From the sequence record NZ_CP125988.1: a DNA stretch of 43,223 nucleotides; one strand, written 5' to 3'. This document shows positions 1 to 8,946 of the stretch, piece after piece. The first letter of the stretch is position 1, and each line of letters opens with the position of its first letter. The position numbers were made by a program, and so were the translations under genes. The notes under the pieces were generated by a model. The model had not been told where the DNA came from. It was given only the letters and a program-made list of their open reading frames with translations, and did no database searches. Source of the DNA: a plasmid.

Positions 1-17
1 TAATTCAGCAAAGTGAT

Positions 18-335
18 ATGATTTTAGCTAATCAAGAATTATTTAAAAATATACTTCAAGGTGAAATAAAAGAGGAAATAAAAAAGGAAATTATTAGTGA
101 GGATAATTTTAAAAAACCTAACGAAGTTATTGCAGTAACACAAAATTTTGAAAAGACTAATTCGAGTAATATAGATGATTATTTGAATGTAATTGAAAAA
201 TTAAATAAACAAATCAGTGATTTAAAAAGTAGTGTTAATCTGATTGTTTCTAAGGCAGAAAAAAACGAAAAAGGAAAAGTTCATTATACGATAGTTCTTA
301 ATGAAATAGAATATAATAGTTTAAAAAGAATCTAA
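18..335 (+). CDS. Small MobA-like mobilization accessory protein; the frame is open to the window start, so it may be 5'-partial
   Basis: 105-aa ORF whose stop overlaps the ATG of the downstream relaxase (ATGA overlap at 335). Position and size match the first gene of Bacteroides-type mobA-mobB-mobC operons. No diagnostic motif seen. Confidence 0.35.
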   Translation: MILANQELFKNILQGEIKEEIKKEIISEDNFKKPNEVIAVTQNFEKTNSSNIDDYLNVIEKLNKQISDLKSSVNLIVSKAEKNEKGKVHYTIVLNEIEYNSLKRI

Positions 336-1486
336 TGCACATTTCATATAAAGCACATGATCCGCAAAAATTTGGTTTGAGTTCTCAAACTATGATTGAG
401 TATTTAACAAAAGAAGAAAAAACAAAAGAAGCAGAAGTTTTTTACAATCATGAACAGCAAAATATATCTCCTAATGATGCTTATAATGCCATTGATAATA
501 ATAAAGGAAGTCATGGAAAAGATGTGTCTAAGTTTTATATGATGAATATTTCTCCCTCTCAAAAAGAATTAAATCATTTGGAAAATTTAGCGGAGAAATT
601 TGCTAATGAATCAAAACAAGATGATTTGACTAAAGAGGAAATAAAAAAAATTTATGTTGAAAAATTATTACAAGAATATACGTACAAAGTAATGGATGAC
701 TATGCTAAAAATTTTGAGCGTGATAAAACCATTGATGACTTAGTTTATTTTGCTAAAATTGAACACAACAGAACTTTTAAAGAAAATGATAAAGATGTAA
801 TTCATAATAAAAGAATAGATGCTAAAATCAAAGAGAACCCCGAAAGAAAAAATGAATTTGATAGAGATTACAAACGAAATAGTAAAGGCGAGATTATTAG
901 AAATGGATTAAAAAAGGAGGGTAATAATACTCATATTCATGTTGTAGTTTCGAGATACGAAAAGAAAGGAGAACAACGTGATAAAGCTTCTTTATCTCCA
1001 ATGAGTAAAGCGAGAAAATCTAAAGGGTTGAATAATTCAAAAGTTGGTTTTGATAGAGATAGATTGAATCAAAAGTCGGAGGAAAGATTTGATGATATGT
1101 TTGATTTTAAAAGAATGAATAATGAAACTTATCAAAAAAGAAAGGAAAATAAGAAAGGTTATGACCAAGATAAAAGCAATTATTATGATTATGAAAGACA
1201 ATCTAAATCTAATAAAAAAAAGAATGATAATGCAATTGTTTCCTCTATAAAGGATCGAGTTAAAGAAGAAGCAAAAGAACTTAAAAAAGAGTTTAAAGAC
1301 GCATTAAAAAGTAATGGAGTTGATGTCAATTTGCCTACATCATTGAAAGAATTACAGTGGAAAATTGAACGCGATATTAAACAAGAATTAGGAATGGATA
1401 ACCTTAAAAGTCCTAAAGAAATATTGGATAACGAAATTAAAAGTATTCGAGATAACTTGTCTAAAGGAATCGATATTGGATATTAA
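335..1486 (+). CDS. MOBP-type relaxase (Bacteroides MobB-like)
   Basis: Histidine triad 'NNTHIHVVVSRYEKKG' (HxHxxxSR, nt ~935) as in the RP4 TraI / RSF1010 MobA motif III. Lysine-rich C-terminal tail. Translationally coupled to the flanking mob genes. Confidence 0.6.
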   Translation: MHISYKAHDPQKFGLSSQTMIEYLTKEEKTKEAEVFYNHEQQNISPNDAYNAIDNNKGSHGKDVSKFYMMNISPSQKELNHLENLAEKFANESKQDDLTKEEIKKIYVEKLLQEYTYKVMDDYAKNFERDKTIDDLVYFAKIEHNRTFKENDKDVIHNKRIDAKIKENPERKNEFDRDYKRNSKGEIIRNGLKKEGNNTHIHVVVSRYEKKGEQRDKASLSPMSKARKSKGLNNSKVGFDRDRLNQKSEERFDDMFDFKRMNNETYQKRKENKKGYDQDKSNYYDYERQSKSNKKKNDNAIVSSIKDRVKEEAKELKKEFKDALKSNGVDVNLPTSLKELQWKIERDIKQELGMDNLKSPKEILDNEIKSIRDNLSKGIDIGY

Positions 1487-1500
1487 AAACTATTTTAAAT

Positions 1501-3042
1501 ATGAATACAAATACAATTATTTGGTTAGTATTAATTAACATCATATTCTTTGTTGTGTTTTGTTTGGCCACGAAGAAAACTAAATTTTTCTTTCTTTTTT
1601 ACATTGGTGGAACGATTTATCTGTACAATCTGTTTCCCTCTTACAAAACACTAATATATTTTATACTTCCTAATTTTGTGTTGGGTGCTATTATCAGTTT
1701 GCTAACTAAAAAGAAACCCCTAGTAGATGATATTTTTGATATTAAAATTATTACTAATCAGGGCGAAAGATTGTTAGAAAATTTTGATAGGGGAGTTTCT
1801 ATTTTTGGTTCGTCCGGTTCTGGTAAAACTCAAAGTGCTATTTATAATTTCTTTGAGCATTTTAAAAAACATGATTTTGCAGGTTGTCTTTATGATTATA
1901 AAAACGGCGAGCTTACAGAAATTATAATGGGAATGTTTGACAATGTTGAAATTATTGCTCCTCATGACCCGTCAATAAGTGCTAGAGTTAATTTTATTAA
2001 ACCAGAATTACTTAATGATGAAATTGATATTAACGAGATTGCAAAAGTTTTAATCATGAATCTGAAAGGTAATAATGATAAAGGAAATTTCTTTGACACT
2101 AATGCGGAAGCTCTTTTTACGGGGCTTATCTTGAAGTTTAAGTTAGATCATCCTGAGTATTGTACATTTCCTCATATACTAGCTTTCCTTACGTTAAATG
2201 ATTTTGGAGGTATTAGAATGGTCAGAACCGTTGATGAAGATTCAGGAGAAGAAAAGATAGTACGCAAATGGAGTGATTTTAAATTGTTGCAAGATTTCTT
2301 GGAAAGTAACGATAGGGTTAGAATGCAAGCTTCTGCATTTTTATTAGGACTTAACTCTGAAAATCAGACAGCGGGTGTTATTTCAACTTTAATTAATGCT
2401 TTGAGACAGATAGCAACTCCTAATTTCTTTTGGGTGTTTTCCGGTGATGATTTTGATTTAGCTATCACTAAAGAAAACAACAGAAAAATTGTTTCGGTGA
2501 TAAATGATCCAAGTAAAGAAATTTCTGTTACCCCGTTAGTTGCTTCTAGTATTCATTCAATAACTAAACAAATGATGATAAGACATCAAAAACAAGCGTT
2601 TTTATGTATCGATGAAGCTCCAACTATTAAACTCTTAAACATGGCTCGAGTTCCCGCAACAATGCGTTCATTTAATATAGCTACAATCTACTGTGCACAA
2701 GATGTTACACAAGGTTACACACAGTACGGAGGTGTTAATCAATTCAAGGAAATTTTAGCTAACCTTTCTATTCAAATTTTTGGAAAGGCTAATGATCCCG
2801 AGACAGCAAAGTTCTATGAACAATACACTGAAATTATAGAACAAGAACAAGTATCAGTATCAAGAGACGGTTCGGGGTGGATGTCCTCGCAAAAGGGAAT
2901 TAACGTATCAAAACGAGAAGTACGAAAATATAGACAAAATGACTTTCAACAATTAGTATCAGGGCAATTTGTTATTGTTAACAATGGATTAAGTGAAAAA
3001 ATTCGATTTACATACCCTGATTGTAGATTCCGGAGAAAGTGA
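1501..3042 (+). CDS. Type IV coupling protein (MobC/TraG/VirD4-like), C-terminally truncated by the IS21 insertion
   Basis: N-terminal TM helices and Walker A 'FGSSGSGKTQSA' (nt ~1800). The last codons ('...DCRFRRK*') are read from the IS21 left terminal repeat that begins near 3022. Confidence 0.7.
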   Translation: MNTNTIIWLVLINIIFFVVFCLATKKTKFFFLFYIGGTIYLYNLFPSYKTLIYFILPNFVLGAIISLLTKKKPLVDDIFDIKIITNQGERLLENFDRGVSIFGSSGSGKTQSAIYNFFEHFKKHDFAGCLYDYKNGELTEIIMGMFDNVEIIAPHDPSISARVNFIKPELLNDEIDINEIAKVLIMNLKGNNDKGNFFDTNAEALFTGLILKFKLDHPEYCTFPHILAFLTLNDFGGIRMVRTVDEDSGEEKIVRKWSDFKLLQDFLESNDRVRMQASAFLLGLNSENQTAGVISTLINALRQIATPNFFWVFSGDDFDLAITKENNRKIVSVINDPSKEISVTPLVASSIHSITKQMMIRHQKQAFLCIDEAPTIKLLNMARVPATMRSFNIATIYCAQDVTQGYTQYGGVNQFKEILANLSIQIFGKANDPETAKFYEQYTEIIEQEQVSVSRDGSGWMSSQKGINVSKREVRKYRQNDFQQLVSGQFVIVNNGLSEKIRFTYPDCRFRRK

Positions 3043-3130
3043 CCATGTTATTCCGGTGGAAAGTGACCACCTAAAATCAAGTCAAAAACATGTTTTATAT
3101 TTCAGTTAAAAATACAAAAAATAAGTATAG

Positions 3131-3883
3131 TTATTTAATAGAGTTTTGTTGAATTTTTGCTAATGTATTTTTACTTCTTAAAGACTCCCCATGAAGTTCA
3201 ATTCTAATAGAATTATGTACCATTCTATCTAAAATAGCGTCAGCTATAGTTTGTTCTCCAATTATATCATGCCATGTTTCAATGGGAAGTTGTGAAGCTA
3301 TAATTGTAGATCTCTTACCATGGCGATCTTCAATAATTTCCATAAAATCTTGTCTTTTAAGATTGTCTAAGGGTTGTAATCCAAAATCATCTAATATAAT
3401 TAGGTCTTGTTTTTCAATTCGATCTATTTCCTTAGAAAAAGAACCATCTCCTTTAGCCATCTTTAATTTAGAGAATAGTTTATTGATACTAAAGTACATG
3501 ACTTTATATCCTAACATACAAGCTTGATAACCAATTGCAGAAGCAATATAACTTTTTCCTACTCCTGTACTACCAGTAATTAATACGTTTTGTTGCTGTT
3601 TTATAAATTGACAAGCAGCTAATCGATCAATCATATTCCTATCAATATTTCTGGATGAATCTATATTAATATCCTGTATATAAGCTTTGTATCTAAATTT
3701 AGCTGTATTTATTAGTCTTTCTATCTTTCTGTTCTCCCTATCATCATATTCACTATCAGTTAAATAAGCAATAAGTTGATCATTTGTATAATCCGAAGTA
3801 GGAAGTTGTAGTGTTGATGCGAATGCTCTATGCATTCCATAAAGTTTTAAATACTTTAATTTTTCTAAAGTTGTTTGATTCAT
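3131..3883 (-). CDS. istB: IS21 helper ATPase IstB
   Basis: Walker A 'ITGSTGVGKSYIASAIG' and DnaA/IstB-like AAA+ fold signature. Immediately downstream of istA on the same strand. Confidence 0.9.
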   Translation of the reverse strand: MNQTTLEKLKYLKLYGMHRAFASTLQLPTSDYTNDQLIAYLTDSEYDDRENRKIERLINTAKFRYKAYIQDINIDSSRNIDRNMIDRLAACQFIKQQQNVLITGSTGVGKSYIASAIGYQACMLGYKVMYFSINKLFSKLKMAKGDGSFSKEIDRIEKQDLIILDDFGLQPLDNLKRQDFMEIIEDRHGKRSTIIASQLPIETWHDIIGEQTIADAILDRMVHNSIRIELHGESLRSKNTLAKIQQNSIK

Positions 3884-3908
3884 GTTTCTATAATTTAATA
3901 TTATTGTT

Positions 3909-5456
3909 CTATTGATAATAAGCTGCTCCTCTGATATTCTGATGAGTAGGAACTTCTCTTTCTTTGTTTAATGGTTGTTCTTCAATAGCATCTAATCCCT
4001 TTTCTAAAATGCTTTTGATCATTTTATAACTATATCTTTCGTATTCTAAACCCCGTGTACAGGCTTTTTCTAATCGAATATTAGAAAAGCGTTTACCTAA
4101 GCTTAAAATTCCAGCACAAGACTTATATGATTGTTCTGGGTGCTGTCGCTTATCTAATATCATTGCTAAATATTTTTGTGTAGATTCTCCTATTTCTTGT
4201 CCCCATTTCAAAAACTGTGTAGGATTCCAATCTGTGATATATTGGTGAGATGAAGGCATATGTTCCTTTACAGTAGTATACCGATACTTTCCTAATTCTC
4301 TATTGTGTGAAGCGATAAGTCTTTGATTGTGATATATATCAACAATATCTTTGCTATAAAGAATATTTACCTTTTTACCAATATAATGGAAAGGAACACT
4401 ATAGTAGTGTTTATCTTTATTTAGGTAGATGTGACTAATTTTTTGAACAGTTGCTTTTATAGCATATTTTAATTCATACCTGTGTGCTGGTAGTGATTGT
4501 AAAACAGGTTGTTCAATTTCTTTAAACAACGTTTTTCTTGAAACTCTTTCTCGTGAAAGTAGTTTTTCATTATGCTGTTCTAACAATTCTGCTATTGCTT
4601 GATTTAGTTCTTGCAAACTAAAGAACTCTCTATTTCTAAGAGGAGCAAATACACGAGTATAGATTGTTTTTACTGCATTCTCTACTAAGGCTTTATCCTT
4701 TGGCTTATAACTTCTTGCGGGTAAAATAGTTGTGTTATAATGTAGAGCAAAGTCTTGAAGATTATGAGCTATTTTAGGTTCGTATTTATCACTTTTAGTT
4801 ACAGCTGCTTTTAAGTTGTCAGGTACAATGGCAAGTGGGACTCCTTGATAAAAATGTAAGGAATTGGTGAGACTTGATATAAAATCTTCTGTATTTTGAG
4901 TTAGACTGGCTTCTACATAAGTCATTCTACTTGAACCAAGAATAGAAATAAATACTTCTACAGAAGTTATTTCTCCTGTAGATTTATCAATAATAGACAA
5001 CTTTTTCCCTGTGTAATCAACAAACATCTTATCTCCAGCTTTGTGTTGCATGTGTAAAGAAGGAGATGTTTTTTTCTGCCAAGTTCGCAAATGATAGCAA
5101 AATTGAGAATAACGATAACCTTCAGGATGTTTCAAAAGGTACTCTTGCCACAAGATATGTCTTGTTACTCCCGTTTTAAGTAGTTCTTTAGTAAAGTAAG
5201 GGAAATATTTATACAAGATTGCTTCTTTTTCATCAGAATCCAATTCTTTAGTGTCAAATAAATCTTCTATATCTGTATCATTTAATTCTTTTATCTCTTC
5301 ATAAGTGAATTTTGAAGTCGTAAAGAGAGTAATATATTTCTTAACAGTATTACGTGAAAGACCTAATTGGGAACTTATTTGAAGTTTACTTACTCCTTGA
5401 GTATATAGACGTAGTAGTTGTTTTAATTGTAACATGTCGATCTTTTTATTAGCCAT
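3909..5456 (-). CDS. istA: IS21 transposase IstA
   Basis: 515 aa with an N-terminal HTH ('LGLSRNTVKKYI') and a DDE integrase core. Paired with istB. Confidence 0.9.
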   Translation of the reverse strand: MANKKIDMLQLKQLLRLYTQGVSKLQISSQLGLSRNTVKKYITLFTTSKFTYEEIKELNDTDIEDLFDTKELDSDEKEAILYKYFPYFTKELLKTGVTRHILWQEYLLKHPEGYRYSQFCYHLRTWQKKTSPSLHMQHKAGDKMFVDYTGKKLSIIDKSTGEITSVEVFISILGSSRMTYVEASLTQNTEDFISSLTNSLHFYQGVPLAIVPDNLKAAVTKSDKYEPKIAHNLQDFALHYNTTILPARSYKPKDKALVENAVKTIYTRVFAPLRNREFFSLQELNQAIAELLEQHNEKLLSRERVSRKTLFKEIEQPVLQSLPAHRYELKYAIKATVQKISHIYLNKDKHYYSVPFHYIGKKVNILYSKDIVDIYHNQRLIASHNRELGKYRYTTVKEHMPSSHQYITDWNPTQFLKWGQEIGESTQKYLAMILDKRQHPEQSYKSCAGILSLGKRFSNIRLEKACTRGLEYERYSYKMIKSILEKGLDAIEEQPLNKEREVPTHQNIRGAAYYQ

Positions 5457-5596
5457 ATCTCTTGCATTTTAGCTAAGATACTTAGACATGTTTTAACTTG
5501 GTTTTTTAGGTGGTCAATTTCACCGGAATTAGGTGGTCACTTTCCACCGGAATTAAGTGATCACTTTTAACGGAATTAGGTGGTCAATTTCACTGG

Positions 5597-5889
5597 ATTC
5601 TCCAAATACAATAATTAAAACACCAAATAATTATTTGTACAAATGTACAAATGGGGAATTGTATAAATGTATCAATGTACAAATGGATAAAAGTATCAAT
5701 AATACTTTGTACAAAGAATTAAAGTATGAAAGTATTATTTGTTGTTTCGACAATGATAAAGCTGGAGAAAGTGCCTTTCAAAAAGTAGCTCAGACCTATA
5801 CAAACGTTGTTGATGGACGAAAACTGTACGAGAATCACAAAGATTTGAATGATTATTTACTAACTATTAACCGCAATGATTTGACGTGA
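5597..5889 (+). pseudogene. C-terminal remnant of a Toprim-domain (primase-like) protein cut off by the IS21 right end
   Basis: 'IICCFDNDKAGESAFQKVAQ' matches the DxD Toprim motif. The track ORF begins at a GTG inside the IS21 terminal repeat (5557), so its N-terminus is not genuine. The expected upstream conserved Glu motif is missing. Confidence 0.35.
5630..5712. repeat. Cluster of 5 TTGTACAAA(TG)-like palindromic motifs
   Basis: 'ttgtacaaatgtacaaatgg...ttgtataaatg...atgtacaaatgg...ttgtacaaag' all within 80 bp. Confidence 0.5.
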
Positions 5890-5972
5890 GAATTATCGAG
5901 ATGTGTCTTTGTCCTTACAAATTGGAAATTTGACAACCAAAGACCACTCGTTTTTCTCCCGAAGGTCGCAAA

Positions 5973-6284
5973 ATGGGTAAGACGATGAAAAAAACAAAGA
6001 AGATAGAATTTAGAGTAACTCTTACAGAGGCTCTAATCATAAAAAACAAAGCAGAAAAAGTAGGTTGTAGCGTTTCGGAGTACATCCGAAACACCGCACT
6101 TGACTATTCTTTAGCGTATAAATTAACTCCTGATGAAGTTGAAGTTTACAAATTACTGAACAAATACACAGATAATTTTAGGCGAATAAGCAACCTTTTT
6201 AAGCTTGGTGATACAACAGGAGTTAAAGAACACACTATTGAAACAGCTAATCTAATTCGGACTCACTTACAAAAACTACTGTAA
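5973..6284 (+). CDS. MobC-family relaxosome accessory protein (ribbon-helix-helix)
   Basis: 103 aa immediately upstream of a relaxase. 'EFRVTLTEALIIKNKAEKVGCSVSEYIRNTAL' fits the MobC RHH family. Confidence 0.55.
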   Translation: MGKTMKKTKKIEFRVTLTEALIIKNKAEKVGCSVSEYIRNTALDYSLAYKLTPDEVEVYKLLNKYTDNFRRISNLFKLGDTTGVKEHTIETANLIRTHLQKLL

Positions 6285-6286
6285 TT

Positions 6287-7201
6287 ATGATAGCTAAAGC
6301 AAAATCTTGTGTTGGTGGCACAGCATTATTCAATTACGTAATTGATGATAAAAAGGGATATGAGCTATTAAGAAACAATCTTTCGGGGGATACTCCGAAA
6401 GATATGTTTCAAACGATGCAGATACTACAAAATCAAAACAGCAGATGTAAAAACAACACAATATCGGCTGTTATATCTCCAACTATTGTAGATAGTCAAA
6501 AGATGAGCGATAGAGATTTACGAGCATTAGCCGTTGAGTTTTTACTTGGTTTACAAATCGATCCTACCAAAGCTCAATTCATTGCTTTTGTTCATACAGA
6601 AAAAGAGCATAAACATATTCATATCATCGCCAATCGCATAGATGAAAATGGCAAAGCTCTAAAAGATAATTACATTGGTTTTGAAGCTCAAAGAGTTGCT
6701 CACGAAATAGCACTTAAATACGGTTGGACGTCTATAAGACAAGAAAACGAGAATAAGAAACAAAGAGCTAACAACACAAACTTAATAGCTAAAAACACTA
6801 TCAAAACAGCTCATAGGGAAGTTTTAAGACAGGAACCAAAAGATTTACAACAATACATTCGATTAATGCTTGAAAAAGATATTGAGGTTAAACCAACTAT
6901 TAATAAACAGGGGAATATTCAAGGATATCGCTTTATTCATTTACCAACTAATACAAACCTAAAAGCAAGTGAAGTTGACCGAAATATGAAGTTGAATGAT
7001 TTATTTAAAAATACAGCAAGCACAGAGTCAAAGAATGAAGTAGAAAAACTATTAACTAAGCAAGAAGCAATCGAACCACAAATGCAGAATTGGAAAACAG
7101 ATGTGTCTGTTTTATTTAGTTTGTTATCTGCTTTTCAACTTAGTGGTAACGATGAAGATGATGAACAAAAAAAACGTAAACGAAGAGCACTAAAAAGATA
7201 A
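6287..7201 (+). CDS. Relaxase/mobilization nuclease (MobA/VirD2 family, MOBP)
   Basis: N-terminus 'MIAKAKSCVGGTALFNYVIDDKKG' and histidine triad 'HTEKEHKHIHIIANRIDENG' (HxDxxHxHxHxxxNR). Confidence 0.75.
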   Translation: MIAKAKSCVGGTALFNYVIDDKKGYELLRNNLSGDTPKDMFQTMQILQNQNSRCKNNTISAVISPTIVDSQKMSDRDLRALAVEFLLGLQIDPTKAQFIAFVHTEKEHKHIHIIANRIDENGKALKDNYIGFEAQRVAHEIALKYGWTSIRQENENKKQRANNTNLIAKNTIKTAHREVLRQEPKDLQQYIRLMLEKDIEVKPTINKQGNIQGYRFIHLPTNTNLKASEVDRNMKLNDLFKNTASTESKNEVEKLLTKQEAIEPQMQNWKTDVSVLFSLLSAFQLSGNDEDDEQKKRKRRALKR

Positions 7202-7204
7202 ACA

Positions 7205-7693
7205 ATGGCAAAGAACCAACCTAAACTCACTGATATGACAGAACTATTACTTCAGCAAGTCATACAATTAGAACACACGATAAAACAAAGTAAAAAAACT
7301 CATTTAGATACCATCAAAGAATTAAGTAACATCAAAGTAACAGTAAATGTTGCTGAACTTCGACAGATAGAAAAAGAACAAAGACAACGCTTACAGAATG
7401 ACTTCGATCAATTTCATCGAGAGATAACAAAAAATAATGAGGAGCTTTTGAAGGTTCACAAGGCTGTTAGCTCAAAGAGGTTATTCTACTTGATTGTATT
7501 GAACATCTTTTTACTTTTAACAACAGGTTTTTCAATGTATTTAGCTGTTAAGAATACTATTGAGAAATCGGAGTATGAGCGTTTAGAAAAAGAAAAGGGG
7601 CAATTAATAAATCAATTAGAAAATGTAAATCAGTTTTTTAACAAAAATCCAAGGACAGCTAAATCTTTCAAAGAGTGGAGTCAAAAGCAATAA
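7205..7693 (+). CDS. Coiled-coil protein with one TM segment (MobB-like mobilization protein?)
   Basis: Coupled 4 bp after the relaxase stop. Heptad-rich N-terminus and hydrophobic segment 'LFYLIVLNIFLLLTTGFSMYLAV'. Confidence 0.3.
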   Translation: MAKNQPKLTDMTELLLQQVIQLEHTIKQSKKTHLDTIKELSNIKVTVNVAELRQIEKEQRQRLQNDFDQFHREITKNNEELLKVHKAVSSKRLFYLIVLNIFLLLTTGFSMYLAVKNTIEKSEYERLEKEKGQLINQLENVNQFFNKNPRTAKSFKEWSQKQ

Positions 7694-7804
7694 TTGAAAA
7701 GTGTTTATCAAAGTTATTTCCGTAAAATTTTTAGAGCTTTGAAGGCTCAAAATTTTATGGAATAACTTTGTTGGAATAGGTTCACAATATTTTAAAAGAT
7801 TTAC

Positions 7805-7935
7805 TAACGACGTTTTGGGGCTTTGCGTAGTGGCGGATTTCGAAGACGAAACTTTCGATTTTGCACTAAAGTTCAATTGAAAAACTGAACTTGAATTTCG
7901 CACTAAACCCGCCATTACGCAAAACCACTGTTGAA
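7805..7935. repeat. Structured repeat A: long-range imperfect inverted repeat enclosing nested hairpins
   Basis: 'cgttttgg|ggctttgcgtagtggcgg|atttcgaagacgaaactttcgattttgcac...gttcaattgaaaaactgaac...gaatttcgcac...|ccgccattacgcaaaacc'. Homologous to repeat B at 12482-12662. Confidence 0.7.
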
Positions 7936-8157
7936 CTAAACCTTCGGTAGCTTTTCCGTTAGAAATCATATATTTAGGGTATTAAAATTCAAAATTATGG
8001 TAACTAAAAAAAATCTCCAGAGGAGTTAAGAACAAACAAATACCTGAATCGCGCTTGCTGTGAAATTAATGGTTTCTCTGAACTTCTGCAACGATTCGAA
8101 CGAAATATTTCTATTCTAGGAAGAAGTAAACGCACGTTCGATAATTATTCTCGTCAT

Positions 8158-8946
8158 GTGGCTGCCATGGCGCTTCATTTTAGCTGTTTACCCACCGAAT
8201 TAGATCCCGAACAGGTTAAAGATTATCTTTTTGAACTACAACAACGTTCTAATTCACCTTCGCAATCCTATTTTAAACACACGGTTTACGGACTTCGTTT
8301 CCTTTTAAAAACCGAAAATCTTCCGTACGATTATCTTCATTTACCTTCCATTCCTAAAGAGAAAAAACTTCCTGTAATTTTAAGTCGGGAAGAAATTTGG
8401 AAGCTGCTTCAACATGCCGATTTACTTAAACATCGCCTTTTAATTGGATTGATTTACAGTTGTGGACTTCGTTGTATGGAAGTTCGAAATATTGAACTCA
8501 AACATCTCGATTTCGATAGAAAACTCCTTCATATCGTTCAAAGTAAAGGGAAGAAGGATCGTTATGTTCCACTTTCTGATCATATCATTCGAGGAATTAA
8601 AAAGTATATTTCAGTTGAACACCCCACTAGTTTTTTATTTACAGGAAACACTAAAGATACCAAAGGATTTGATTCGCGTTATAGCCAACGTGGCGTTCAA
8701 TGGGCGATTCAATCGGTTTGTAAAAAGGCTGGAATTTTAAAAGATGTACACACGCATACCTTGCGCCACAGTTATGCTACCCATTTATTGGAAGATGGTG
8801 TAAATATTTTGCAAGTTCAGAAACTGATGGGACACGAGCGCATTGAAACTACAATGGAATACTTGCATGTTTGTCAGCTCGAAAACCAAAAAGTACACAG
8901 TCCAATTGATACCGTTTTTGCGCTATGCAGCCGCAATGGGAAGTAG
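8158..8946 (+). CDS. Tyrosine site-specific recombinase (phage-integrase family); true start probably upstream, since the frame is open from 8008 with no ATG
   Basis: Catalytic motifs 'GLRCMEVRNI', 'HTHTLRHSYATHLL' and 'GHERIETTMEYLHV' (R-H-R-Y). The in-frame upstream translation '...FSELLQRFERNISILGRSKRTFDNYSRHV' looks like a genuine N-terminal core-binding region. Confidence 0.8.
   Translation: MAAMALHFSCLPTELDPEQVKDYLFELQQRSNSPSQSYFKHTVYGLRFLLKTENLPYDYLHLPSIPKEKKLPVILSREEIWKLLQHADLLKHRLLIGLIYSCGLRCMEVRNIELKHLDFDRKLLHIVQSKGKKDRYVPLSDHIIRGIKKYISVEHPTSFLFTGNTKDTKGFDSRYSQRGVQWAIQSVCKKAGILKDVHTHTLRHSYATHLLEDGVNILQVQKLMGHERIETTMEYLHVCQLENQKVHSPIDTVFALCSRNGK

Larger units (their letters stand above)
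3022..5595 (-). mobile_element. IS21-family insertion sequence (istA-istB) with multi-copy terminal repeats; boundaries approximate
   Basis: istA+istB gene pair. Left end 3022-3075 and right end 5500-5595 carry inverted copies of 'ttccggtggaaagtgaccacc' (2 copies left, 4 copies right), typical of IS21 multiple terminal repeats. Outermost TG...CA. No obvious target-site duplication. Confidence 0.8.

Noticed and set aside
1774-1965. Antisense ORF inside the coupling-protein gene
   Set aside because: Fully embedded opposite a well-supported CDS. Typical AT-rich shadow ORF.
3282-3527. + strand ORF inside istB
   Set aside because: Antisense to istB, with no independent support.
5557-5596. GTG start of track ORF 5557..5889
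   Set aside because: It lies inside the IS21 terminal repeat array. The N-terminal 13 codons are IS end sequence read through, not a genuine start.
7616-7969. Minus-strand 117-aa ORF
   Set aside because: Overlaps the 3' end of a + strand gene and runs through structured repeat A. Low-complexity translation.
8462-8740. Alternate-frame ORF inside the tyrosine recombinase gene
   Set aside because: Embedded in a confidently called CDS.
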